From positions 1-38,718 of the IMG/VR virus record IMGVR_UViG_3300012921_000076: a stretch of DNA of 38,718 nt, one strand, 5' to 3'. This stretch comes from a virus (taxonomy: Duplodnaviria > Caudoviricetes). The notes under the pieces were generated by a model, which was not told the origin of the DNA, made no database searches, and saw only the letters and a list, made by a program, of their open reading frames with translations. Positions 16,822 to 25,334 of this stretch are shown piece after piece; positions within the stretch are counted from its first letter, which is position 1, and each line of letters starts with the position of its first letter. The position numbers and the translations under genes are program-made.

Positions 16822-18396
16822 TCATGCCACCTTCAGGATCGAGCCCATGGCCTCGCCGTAATCGACACGGCGGAAGCCATCGGCGCCCATGTGAACGGCC
16901 TGCGGCGCGACCTCCTCGACCTCGCTGGCCATCAGGCCGATATGCTTCGGCCCGTTGTCGTTTTCACCGCGATATCGGAAGGCCCAGAGGTGCGTGCCGT
17001 CGTCGTCGAGCTCCGCCAGGGGCTCCATGTCCTTCTTGGCGTCATCGTCCGACAGCTTCAGGCCGCCCACGATGTTGCCGATGCCGCCGAACAGGCCGCC
17101 GAGCACCTGCCCCATCATCTGGTTTTCCATCTGCGCCGCCTGCAGCTTCTGCGCGTCGTAATTCTGGATGATGCCGGCGTTGTCGGTCGTCGGAATCGTA
17201 GGCATGTTCGCGCCCATGAACGTCGGCGGCGTGATCTGCGTGCCGCTGAGCAGCCCGATGATCTCGTTCAGCGGCTGGTTGCGGCGGGTAAGCGCCTCCT
17301 GAAGCTGCTGGAGCCGGAGATTGTTGTTGAAGCCGGCGCGCTGCAGGTCCATGCCGAACAGGCGCGACTGCTCCTTGCCGCCGGCAAGCACAGTCCGCAT
17401 GCGGGCGTCGGTCGACTGGCGATTGAACTCGTCGATCGCGCGGTCATAGGCCTCAGTGCCGAGGCGGATGCCCTGGCCGGCAAGCCGCGTCTCCAGCGAT
17501 TCCCGATCGCGACCAAGCTGCGGCTCGATACGCGAATAAAGCGCGTCCTCGACGCGCCGGCGGCTCTCCTCGTAATTCTCGTTGCCCATGGCGGACCAAG
17601 GCTGCAGCGCGTCGCTGCCGGTCTTCTTCGTGGCGACCCATTTGCCGGGCGAGCCGGGCACCGTTTCCCAGTAGCCGCCGGCGCCAGCGTCCGTGCTTGC
17701 CGATGCGGCTGCGCCAGCAGCGCCACCCTGCTGCATCGCCCAATCGGTGTAGCGGTCGCGCTCAGAGCGCTCGAAATTCGCCCGCTCGGCGCGCACATAC
17801 TCTTCGTACATGCCTTGCGTCGTCTGAGGCAGGTAGACGCCGCCGTCGTTCGGGAAGCCCTTCGAATACTCCGGCCACTTCTTCTGAAAATCGGCGTCCC
17901 ATTCCTGCCGGGTCATCGGCTTGAAGGTGCCGGCATTGAAGGCGCCAACGGAAGCGGCTGCCGAGGGCGCTGCGGAAGGCACGGCCGAGCCTGCGGTCGA
18001 CACCCAGCGCCGGCTTTCCGGCGTCGCGGCCGAGGTGTCCAGCGTGTAGCTGTAATCCGGGTCGAACGGCATGCCGAGGTAATCGCTGAGGAACGCCGAC
18101 TGCTTGTTCGCGATCTTCGACAGATTGAGCTGCGCGGCCATGTTCTGCGAATTGATGGCCTGGCCTTCCGGTGACAGGACCGTGTTTCGCGTGAACGTCG
18201 GGATATCGTAGGTCATCCCGGTGAAGGGCTCGGTGAAGTCGTAGGAACCGCTGCGCGTGACCGAGGTCGATCCCCACGGCGTGTTTTCCGAGGGGTTGCC
18301 GAGCATGGCGTTGGCAATCGCCGTCGCGATCGAGGTGCCGGTCTGCGCGGCGCTCGTCTCTTTCGGAGGCGTCGGCTCAGGGACGCTCTTGCCCAT
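16822..18396 (-). CDS. Internal virion/ejection protein with C-terminal Peptidase_S74 chaperone-like domain
   Basis: MGKS..P N-terminus, Gln/Ala-rich helical body, SDDDAKKD...FRY...IGLMASEVEEVAP...VDY. Confidence 0.75.
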   Translation of the reverse strand: MGKSVPEPTPPKETSAAQTGTSIATAIANAMLGNPSENTPWGSTSVTRSGSYDFTEPFTGMTYDIPTFTRNTVLSPEGQAINSQNMAAQLNLSKIANKQSAFLSDYLGMPFDPDYSYTLDTSAATPESRRWVSTAGSAVPSAAPSAAASVGAFNAGTFKPMTRQEWDADFQKKWPEYSKGFPNDGGVYLPQTTQGMYEEYVRAERANFERSERDRYTDWAMQQGGAAGAAASASTDAGAGGYWETVPGSPGKWVATKKTGSDALQPWSAMGNENYEESRRRVEDALYSRIEPQLGRDRESLETRLAGQGIRLGTEAYDRAIDEFNRQSTDARMRTVLAGGKEQSRLFGMDLQRAGFNNNLRLQQLQEALTRRNQPLNEIIGLLSGTQITPPTFMGANMPTIPTTDNAGIIQNYDAQKLQAAQMENQMMGQVLGGLFGGIGNIVGGLKLSDDDAKKDMEPLAELDDDGTHLWAFRYRGENDNGPKHIGLMASEVEEVAPQAVHMGADGFRRVDYGEAMGSILKVA

Positions 18397-18851
18397 CAAT
18401 GCAGCCTTTCACGGTTGAATTTGCTCGATCGCCAGACGTCGTCGAACAGAAGGAAAATCGCCTCGCCCTTGTCCCTGCCCCGGATGCGGGGAAGGTCGAA
18501 CCTCTGGAAGCCGTAGGCCTTCAGAATGCGGTCGAGGCGTTTGTCGTCAGGGTCGACGCGCATCACCACCGCCTGGCAGCCGATTTCGTCGAAGGGGAAC
18601 GCGAACATCTCGCGCAGCACCGGGCGCGTGAGCCAGCGTGGGTCTTCTGAAGCGCCCGAAATCTGGATGATCCCGGCATCTGCGTCGTAATCGTGAAACA
18701 ACATCACCGCGATGATCGTGTTGCTGGCGTTGGCAACACCCATCGCTGTGTAATCGCGATAGGCGCCGGTCCTGCCCTTGGTCCGCATCGAGACGTAGTC
18801 GCCCACCTGCTCGTAACCGTCGGCGCCGCGGTTGAGCCAGACCGGCGTCAT
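18396..18851 (-). CDS. GNAT-like acetyltransferase of the tail module
   Basis: WLTRPVLREMFAFPF..IGC...LKAYGF...RG pattern; located between tail tube and ejection genes. Confidence 0.75.
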   Translation of the reverse strand: MTPVWLNRGADGYEQVGDYVSMRTKGRTGAYRDYTAMGVANASNTIIAVMLFHDYDADAGIIQISGASEDPRWLTRPVLREMFAFPFDEIGCQAVVMRVDPDDKRLDRILKAYGFQRFDLPRIRGRDKGEAIFLLFDDVWRSSKFNRERLH

Positions 18852-20689
18852 ACGACGAGCCCGCCGGTCTCATAGGTCACGTGGTCGGTGATCAGCTCGA
18901 CACGCGGATACGGCGTCACGCCGCAGGTGATCTGCAACTGAGGCGCGATCGTGTGGCCGGTCTTGCCGATCGACACCCAGCCGGTGCTTCGCGGCAGCGG
19001 GTCCGAAACCGCGTCCCAGAGCATGACGTCCCAGAGCCCGACGTCCCAGACGTCTTCGGAGTAGTTCGCGACCGAGTTGGGCGCGACCGGAAGCTGAATG
19101 CCGTAGTTGACCGACACCGAGAACAGCGGGTTGAACGGCGACGAGGCAATGAAGTTGGCGCGGCCCTGATGAACGAACTTGGTGACGCCCGGCGAGCCCA
19201 GATCACTGAACAGGCCGACGGCGACGCACTCATAGGGGGCGCCGTTGTCGTTACCGCCGATCTCGGCCTGACGGATCGTGCCGTCATTGCAGCCGAAATA
19301 GGCCCACTCGTTGAACAGGCCGAGGCAGCGGGTGTCCCATCCGGTGTAGCGAGCCCATGCGCCGGTTTCGAGGTTCACCACAAAGCACATGGGCGTGTCG
19401 GAAGCCGAGAAGCGGGGCACGTTCACGATGCCCATGTTGAACTCGGCCCACTTCAGGAACTCCCACGGCCGGGCTTTGCGAGCCCTAGCGGCAGCCTTCC
19501 ATGCCGGCTCGATCTGACGGCTGATGGCCGACAGCGACAGCGCCGCCTCGTCCTTGCCGATCGCCAGCGATATCGGGACGATACCTTCGTCGGTTTCGAT
19601 GATCAGGTCGCCGCCGACCCTCGCCCATGCGTTTTTGCCGAGCGGCTTCGATATGTCGTAGACGCCGACCAGCCGCCAGGCATTTGCGTCCGATGGATTG
19701 TCGCCCTCATATATCGCCGCCTGGCCTTCCGTGCTGACAAAAACGCATTTGTCGTCGACACCGTCGCCGGCATCGAGCGACCAGGTCGCGCCGAACAGCA
19801 GCGAGCCGCCCTTGGTGAACACGCCGGCGAGGGTGAAGCTCGTCAGCGCGCCGCCCAGCTGGTTCACGGCAGGATACCAGAACCGCATGGTGCTCTTTTC
19901 GACGAAGAACAGCCGGTTGCGGTATGTCCACGCCTGCGAGAGCAGCGAAGACGTCACGTTGGTGATCGTGACCGTCTGCACACTGGTGACGCCGGCCGGA
20001 ATGTTGGCGTCCGCCTGGCCGGCGACCGAACCGAAGATGATCTCGTTGTCCTGGAACGTGCCAGTGATGCCCCTAATCCAAACCACTCCGGTCGAGCCGT
20101 TGTCGATCGCCTTGACGATCGTTGCGGTGGCGCCGGACGTCGCGCCGGTCAGCGTCCCCGTCTGCGCGAAGGGCGCAGTTTCGGCATCGTAGGCGATACC
20201 GAAAATCTGCTGATTGGTGATCGGGTAGAAAAACGTGTTGTCGTAGAGCAGCGGCGCGTCGGTGCCGTTGAGCGCATAGAGAAAATCGCCCGCCGCGGTG
20301 GTGAAGGGCGCAGTCGAGTAGTAGCCGCTGGTGCGCCCGGTCACGTCGGCAGTCGGCGCCACGGTAGGACTGGCCGGCGACGAGATGTTGAAGATGTTCC
20401 CGGCATCGGCCGCGAAAAACTTCTGGTTGCCGCCCGACCGATAGGTGAACAGCGTCTCGACCGGGTTGCTCCCGATCGTGGCATGCTTGCGGTTGCCGCC
20501 GCGCAGGCGGATGCCGGTCTGCGTCGGAAACCAGTTGTCGAGCCGGAGCGCACCGCCCGGTTTCGACTTGGCAAGGTTCTCGTTCGCGATCCATCCGCGG
20601 ATCGGCGCCGGGAAGCTCTTGTGCTTGAACTTCTGGGCACCGCGCCGCGTCGGGCGGGCAGGCACCCTGCGCATGGCTGCGTAAGGCAT
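18848..20689 (-). CDS. Tail tubular/nozzle protein (P22 gp10/T7 gp12-like position)
   Basis: 613-aa beta-propeller-like sequence after the adaptor; PAPIRGW...LDNWFP start. Confidence 0.75.
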   Translation of the reverse strand: MPYAAMRRVPARPTRRGAQKFKHKSFPAPIRGWIANENLAKSKPGGALRLDNWFPTQTGIRLRGGNRKHATIGSNPVETLFTYRSGGNQKFFAADAGNIFNISSPASPTVAPTADVTGRTSGYYSTAPFTTAAGDFLYALNGTDAPLLYDNTFFYPITNQQIFGIAYDAETAPFAQTGTLTGATSGATATIVKAIDNGSTGVVWIRGITGTFQDNEIIFGSVAGQADANIPAGVTSVQTVTITNVTSSLLSQAWTYRNRLFFVEKSTMRFWYPAVNQLGGALTSFTLAGVFTKGGSLLFGATWSLDAGDGVDDKCVFVSTEGQAAIYEGDNPSDANAWRLVGVYDISKPLGKNAWARVGGDLIIETDEGIVPISLAIGKDEAALSLSAISRQIEPAWKAAARARKARPWEFLKWAEFNMGIVNVPRFSASDTPMCFVVNLETGAWARYTGWDTRCLGLFNEWAYFGCNDGTIRQAEIGGNDNGAPYECVAVGLFSDLGSPGVTKFVHQGRANFIASSPFNPLFSVSVNYGIQLPVAPNSVANYSEDVWDVGLWDVMLWDAVSDPLPRSTGWVSIGKTGHTIAPQLQITCGVTPYPRVELITDHVTYETGGLVV

Positions 20690-21387
20690 CAGGGGGTGAT
20701 CGGCCAGGGATAGCTTGGATTGCCGCCGCTGACCCGCTGCCGGCCGACGACGATGATAGACGGCCCGCGATCCTTGCTGACCGCCTCCGAAAGCGCGTCG
20801 TTATAGCTGGCCATCTCCTCGGCGTAGTCGATCGCCTTGGCCGATTTCCAGTTCCAGATGATGCCGAGCGTCAGCAGCCGCTCCGGGAGCCGGAAGACGT
20901 CGGTGTCGGCCGTGAACGCCGCCTTCGTCGAGGTGTCGGCCGCCGTGACGATCTTGTTGCCGACATAGGGGAACTTCACCGTCTCGCCGACTGCGCGCGC
21001 CGGCTTGATATTGATCTGGCCGCCGAAGATGATCCACGCACCGTAGGACGGGAAAAAGCTCTGCAGGTCGTAGGCGAGCCAATCGTCCATCGACTTCACC
21101 TGCTCGAGCGGAATGCCGGTGTTGGTCGACGACCAGAGGCGCGCGTCCTTGACCATGCGGTCATAGTCCGACGGCAGCGCAAAGTCGGTGTCGCTGCCGT
21201 CGCCGGTGATCGTGTGGAAGCCCTTCAGCATCGACCAGTCGTGCGCCTCGGCGATCTGGCGAGCGACTTCGTTCGCCATAGCCTTCATCTCGACCATGTC
21301 GCGAGTCGTCGCGCTGTAGACAGCCGACGGGATCGGATCGATGGCGAGCTTGACGCACGCCGCCTGGATGGCGGTGAGAACGGTCAT
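20689..21387 (-). CDS. Head-tail adaptor protein
   Basis: MTVLTAIQ...HDWSML...FALPSDYDRM...LLTLGIIW; position. Confidence 0.75.
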   Translation of the reverse strand: MTVLTAIQAACVKLAIDPIPSAVYSATTRDMVEMKAMANEVARQIAEAHDWSMLKGFHTITGDGSDTDFALPSDYDRMVKDARLWSSTNTGIPLEQVKSMDDWLAYDLQSFFPSYGAWIIFGGQINIKPARAVGETVKFPYVGNKIVTAADTSTKAAFTADTDVFRLPERLLTLGIIWNWKSAKAIDYAEEMASYNDALSEAVSKDRGPSIIVVGRQRVSGGNPSYPWPITP

Positions 21388-22286
21388 GCCGCTGCCTTGT
21401 CCTTCGCTGCCTTCTCAGCCGCGAGCTTGGCGTTGGCCTCCTCCGCAAGCTTGATGAGCGTCTTGCGGCTGGCACGGGCCGAAGGCGTAGCCCCGGTGAC
21501 TTCCTGCAGCCAGTTCCGGAGGTCGTCGTCAGAGTGATCGGCAAAGGCCGAGTCGCTGCCGTCGCCTGCGAATTCCTGCGGCGGGTCGAGCAGCTGACGG
21601 CCGATCGGGCTTCCCTCCCCGATGTCGCCGGTCGGAACGCCGAGCACGCTGCCGAGAACCTGACCGGCGAGATGATCTGCCAGCTGCGCGGCGTCATCCT
21701 CCCCGGTCGCGACAACAGTGGCCGGCGCAGCGCTGCTGCCCGTGAGCGTCGCGATCTGCGCACGCAGGTCTGCGATCTGGGCGAGCAGGGCCTCGTTGCT
21801 TGCGTTGCTGTTGGCCGCGCTGAGGTAGTTGGCGGCCTGGACCTTGAGATGATGGCCGCCCATGCCGAGTTGCTTGAGCGCGTGGCCTTCGAGCCCTGCA
21901 AGCTGCTCGGCCGTGTGGATGTGGATCGCCTGCAGCTCGAGGCGCTTGCCGAGCGAGAGGAACGGCAGCATTTCCAGCGGCGTGCCGGACACCACCTGCG
22001 CGGCGCCGCGCTTGAAGGCGAGATAGATTTCGTTGAACCGCATGGCGTAGGTCAGCGGTCGGACGAAGCCGGTTTCCGGGTCCGGCAGGTTCTGCCAAAT
22101 CTCATTGGCCGGGAACACCTTCACGGTGTCCTTGTCGCCGGGGTGGGTGATGACGCAAACCTCGATCTGGTCATAGATCGGGCGCTTGGCGGCCCGGCTT
22201 TTCACCGGATCCGGCCACGCGTGCATCTTGAATTCGACATTGATCGTTGCAGCCTTCTGGGGCTGCTCAAGCGAGACTTCGGTCAT
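21384..22286 (-). CDS. Morphogenesis-region protein with HhH-like and C-terminal HeH-like motifs
   Basis: GTPLEMLPFL...IHTAEQLA...LGMGG; SDDDLRNWLQEVTG...SRKTLIKLA. Confidence 0.65.
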   Translation of the reverse strand: MTEVSLEQPQKAATINVEFKMHAWPDPVKSRAAKRPIYDQIEVCVITHPGDKDTVKVFPANEIWQNLPDPETGFVRPLTYAMRFNEIYLAFKRGAAQVVSGTPLEMLPFLSLGKRLELQAIHIHTAEQLAGLEGHALKQLGMGGHHLKVQAANYLSAANSNASNEALLAQIADLRAQIATLTGSSAAPATVVATGEDDAAQLADHLAGQVLGSVLGVPTGDIGEGSPIGRQLLDPPQEFAGDGSDSAFADHSDDDLRNWLQEVTGATPSARASRKTLIKLAEEANAKLAAEKAAKDKAAA

Positions 22287-23098
22287 TCTGGGTTTCCTGT
22301 CTGAGAGGGTGCGAGTTCAGTGAAAAGACGCTCCTTCGCCACCTGAACCATGGCGGGGAGCAAGCCGTCTCCGATCACTTCGATACGCATGCCGAGACGA
22401 AAGAATTGACCCCACGCGTGAGCGAAGGCCTGCGCCTGCGCTGCCCACGTGCCAGTCGAGAGGTAGGGCGTGCCTTTGAAGACGATTTCGACCTCGTCGA
22501 CGGCCTTCTGCTGGCTGTTGTTGTAGGCATGGTCACGCCCAGGCCGATGCGAGGAATCGAGCCCGTAGGCGCGCACCTTGCGATAGCCGCGGGTGAACAG
22601 GATCGATGCGGCGTGCTGGCTGACTGTGTTCGCCGGCATCAGGATCGTCGCCTTGGGGTCGGCCGCCGCAATTAGGTCATTCGTCGCCTTGTCCAGCATG
22701 GCGTGCCAGAGCATGACATTCTGGGTCGATAGCCGCTCGACGAGGCTGGGGTGACACTGCGACGCGAGATAGTAGACGCAGCCCACATTCCGGGCCTGAA
22801 AGAACGTGTCGACGATCGGCGTCGCGTCCATGGCAATGGCCGCGTTGGGGAAGATCTGATGCGAGATCAGCCAGTCATGCGCGCCGTTGACCGCGTATAG
22901 CCGCCAACCGTCGGCCTGGTGCTTGCGAATATCCTCGACGTGATCGGCCGCCGATGGACCGCCGGCGACGAGCAGCGCGCGGCCGATCTGCAGGCTGTCC
23001 AGATACTTCGACATGTTCGCCCGGATGTTCTCGACGAACTGCTCTCGCGGGGCGTTGAGCCCGTGCTGGAACTCGACCTTGCGGAGCGGGGCATTCAT
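22283..23098 (-). CDS. Maf/DUF115 (MptE-like) family putative nonulosonic-acid transferase
   Basis: LLVAGGPSA, YAVNGAHDWL...PNAAIAMDA, YLASQCHP, NTVS..A..LFTRGYRKVRAYGLDSS. Confidence 0.75.
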   Translation of the reverse strand: MNAPLRKVEFQHGLNAPREQFVENIRANMSKYLDSLQIGRALLVAGGPSAADHVEDIRKHQADGWRLYAVNGAHDWLISHQIFPNAAIAMDATPIVDTFFQARNVGCVYYLASQCHPSLVERLSTQNVMLWHAMLDKATNDLIAAADPKATILMPANTVSQHAASILFTRGYRKVRAYGLDSSHRPGRDHAYNNSQQKAVDEVEIVFKGTPYLSTGTWAAQAQAFAHAWGQFFRLGMRIEVIGDGLLPAMVQVAKERLFTELAPSQTGNPE

Positions 23099-23727
23099 GC
23101 GGCTGCAAATCTCCGATTGGTCCGGGCTTCCTCAACCCAGCCGGTGGTGAAGCCGGCAGCGATTGCCTCGGCGTGCATCCACTCGTCGATATGGTCGATG
23201 TCGAGCGCGCCGATGCTGGTATCGAGCACGGTCTTGAAGCCGGGCGGGGCAAACGTGCCGCTGCGCTCAAGCTCGGCGCGGCTGATGACATAGCAACTGC
23301 CCGTCGGCGCGTAGACGTCGCGCACGGGCTTGCCGCGCACCATGGCGTGCGGAACCGGCCGGACCGCGATCGTGGCGCGCCCGGTGGTGTCGAAGACCTG
23401 CACCGCGTCCTCTACCGTCGAGAGGGAGCGGAAAGGCGTCGTCGGCTGGAGCAGCAGCACGCAATCTTCGCCGCGCTGCTCCAGCGCATGCATGGCGACG
23501 TCGACCGACGAGGCCGAGTCGGTGGCGAGAGCGGCGGGGCGCTCGATCGTCTGAAAACCATGTTCCCGCGCGAGGGCGAGGATGGCGGCATCGTCGGAAG
23601 ACACGACGGGCCGCAAATGCTGGAACGGGATCAGCGTCCACAGCAAGAGAGGAACGCCCGACAAAAGCCGGACGTTCTTTCTTGGCAATCGCTTGGACCC
23701 GCCGCGGGCGGGAACGAGCGTCAGCAA
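23095..23727 (-). CDS. Acylneuraminate cytidylyltransferase (CMP-Neu5Ac/Pse/Leg synthetase-like)
   Basis: PARGGSKRLPRKN, VSSDD, RPAALATD, LLQPTTPFR, TGSCY, DID; probable TTG start 5 nt after the upstream stop. Confidence 0.9.
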   Translation of the reverse strand: MLTLVPARGGSKRLPRKNVRLLSGVPLLLWTLIPFQHLRPVVSSDDAAILALAREHGFQTIERPAALATDSASSVDVAMHALEQRGEDCVLLLQPTTPFRSLSTVEDAVQVFDTTGRATIAVRPVPHAMVRGKPVRDVYAPTGSCYVISRAELERSGTFAPPGFKTVLDTSIGALDIDHIDEWMHAEAIAAGFTTGWVEEARTNRRFAAA

Positions 23728-23732
23728 GGTGC

Positions 23733-24218
23733 TTAGGTCTCGCGGATCGCCGGCCAGGAAGCCTTGATCTCGATACCGGCCGCGCCGTTGCCGGCAGAGC
23801 CGGCGGTCGCGACGAGCACGATGCCGTCGAGCTTCAGCGCGTTGGCCGAGGTTGCGTCGTCGACCACGCCCGCCGAAGCAGTCGTCCACAGCTGGGTATC
23901 AGCGGCGGCCGAGGCCTTCGTGCGGACCTTGATGTCAGAGCCGCCAGTCGGCACCCAGAGATAGCGACCGCCAGAGGCCGCGATCTGCGGGAAACCGAGC
24001 TTGTCGGACTGAGCAGCAAGCGCGGTCGTCATCATGTAGACGTCGAAGTCTTCGTTGATGCCGGCCAGGCCGTACTGGCTGAGCGCGCCAGAGCTGACGC
24101 AATAGACGGCGTCGCCGCCATTGGTCAGCGCGACTTTGGTGCCGAGGGGAACGCGCTGGGTGTCGTCCCACTCGTTGAGGTTGAGCCCGAGAACGGGCGT
24201 AACAGCGTAGAGGGGCAT
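23733..24218 (-). CDS. Capsid decoration/cement protein
   Basis: 161-aa Ala/Gly/Thr-rich ORF right after the major capsid gene; AAGGAGG RBS. Confidence 0.7.
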   Translation of the reverse strand: MPLYAVTPVLGLNLNEWDDTQRVPLGTKVALTNGGDAVYCVSSGALSQYGLAGINEDFDVYMMTTALAAQSDKLGFPQIAASGGRYLWVPTGGSDIKVRTKASAAADTQLWTTASAGVVDDATSANALKLDGIVLVATAGSAGNGAAGIEIKASWPAIRET

Positions 24219-24242
24219 CGCCGCCTCCTTCTATTTCGGGGA

Positions 24243-24271
24243 AAGGTGGAAGGGCGGCCCGTGAGCCGCCC
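24243..24271 (-). terminator. Hairpin/weak terminator after the major capsid gene
   Basis: GGGCGGC-TCACGG-GCCGCCC followed by TTCCACCTTT on the minus strand. Confidence 0.45.
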
Positions 24272-24288
24272 GGGCGGGTCACTCGGCG

Positions 24289-25311
24289 TTAGGCGGCCGG
24301 GTTGCTGTCGTAGAATTTCCAATTGAACAGCGGGTTCACCTGCGTGAGCTCGCCACGGAAACCGATGTAGTTGACCAGGCCGTCCTGGTTGATCGGCCGC
24401 TGGCCGTCGCCCTCGAACAGCTTGGAGAACTTGCGGTCCGGATGGACGCGCAGGCGGAACGACTTCGACTCCAGACCGTAAGTCGTATTGGCCGGCATGT
24501 TCGACCCGACACCGCCGTCGAGCACGATCTCGGCGGTGCGCCCGGCGCCGTAATACTTCAGCGTCTGGAAACCGAGCTTGCCGATCTTCGTCTCGTCGTT
24601 GATGCGCTGGATCGCGACGGTGGCCGCGTCATATGCCTCGTAGTGCTCGGTCGACATCAGGAGGATGTCGGCGCCGCGGGAGTTGCGGGAGCGCTGCGTC
24701 ATGATGCGGTTGAGGAAGCGGCGAATCGTGGTCGACGACACCTGGGTGCCGATGTCGGTCGCGAAGCTGTGCGCGTCGAACGTGGTCGTGCGCCAGATCG
24801 CATGGTCGACGCGGCTGATGCCGCCGTAAGAGCCCGAGTTCGTCACGGTTGGAACCGCCACGCGCAAGCCGGTGATCTGCTTGCCGCCGTTCGCCGTGCC
24901 GTCGCCATGAAGGCCGGCATCCATGCCGTCGCTCATGGCGCGCTCGGCCGCCTCGATCTGCTCCTCGAGCACGTCGAGGATCTGATTCTGGCCGCTGTTG
25001 TCGAGCAGCTCGTCGCCGGGCAGCGACACCGGAACGACGGCCGACTTCGGCGTGAAATAGGCGTCGTTGAAGATGTCTTTCGGCGGCGCGAGCAGGAAGT
25101 CCCAGCTCGAATACCACTGGATGTCCTGGCTATCGAACTGCAGGCGCTCACGGATGCGGGGGCCTGAATAGTCCTTCCAAAGCCCGTCGCGGTTCATCAC
25201 CGCGAGGAGCGCGTTGCTGGCGGACGCGAGGTCCTGGTAGCCGGGGGAACGATCCTCCAGCGCGAGGGACATTACCTGCTGGTAATGCACCGAGGTGTTG
25301 ATATTGGCCAT
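24289..25311 (-). CDS. Major capsid protein
   Basis: 340 aa after the scaffold; LHGDGTANGGKQITGL...YGGISR...W, RPINQD motifs; AGGAG RBS. Confidence 0.88.
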   Translation of the reverse strand: MANINTSVHYQQVMSLALEDRSPGYQDLASASNALLAVMNRDGLWKDYSGPRIRERLQFDSQDIQWYSSWDFLLAPPKDIFNDAYFTPKSAVVPVSLPGDELLDNSGQNQILDVLEEQIEAAERAMSDGMDAGLHGDGTANGGKQITGLRVAVPTVTNSGSYGGISRVDHAIWRTTTFDAHSFATDIGTQVSSTTIRRFLNRIMTQRSRNSRGADILLMSTEHYEAYDAATVAIQRINDETKIGKLGFQTLKYYGAGRTAEIVLDGGVGSNMPANTTYGLESKSFRLRVHPDRKFSKLFEGDGQRPINQDGLVNYIGFRGELTQVNPLFNWKFYDSNPAA

Positions 25312-25334
25312 GTCGGCCTTCTCCTAAACGGAGA

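Noticed and set aside
23728-23889. N-terminal extension of the cytidylyltransferase ORF
   Set aside because: Overlaps the decoration gene out of frame; family similarity starts at the TTG at 23727
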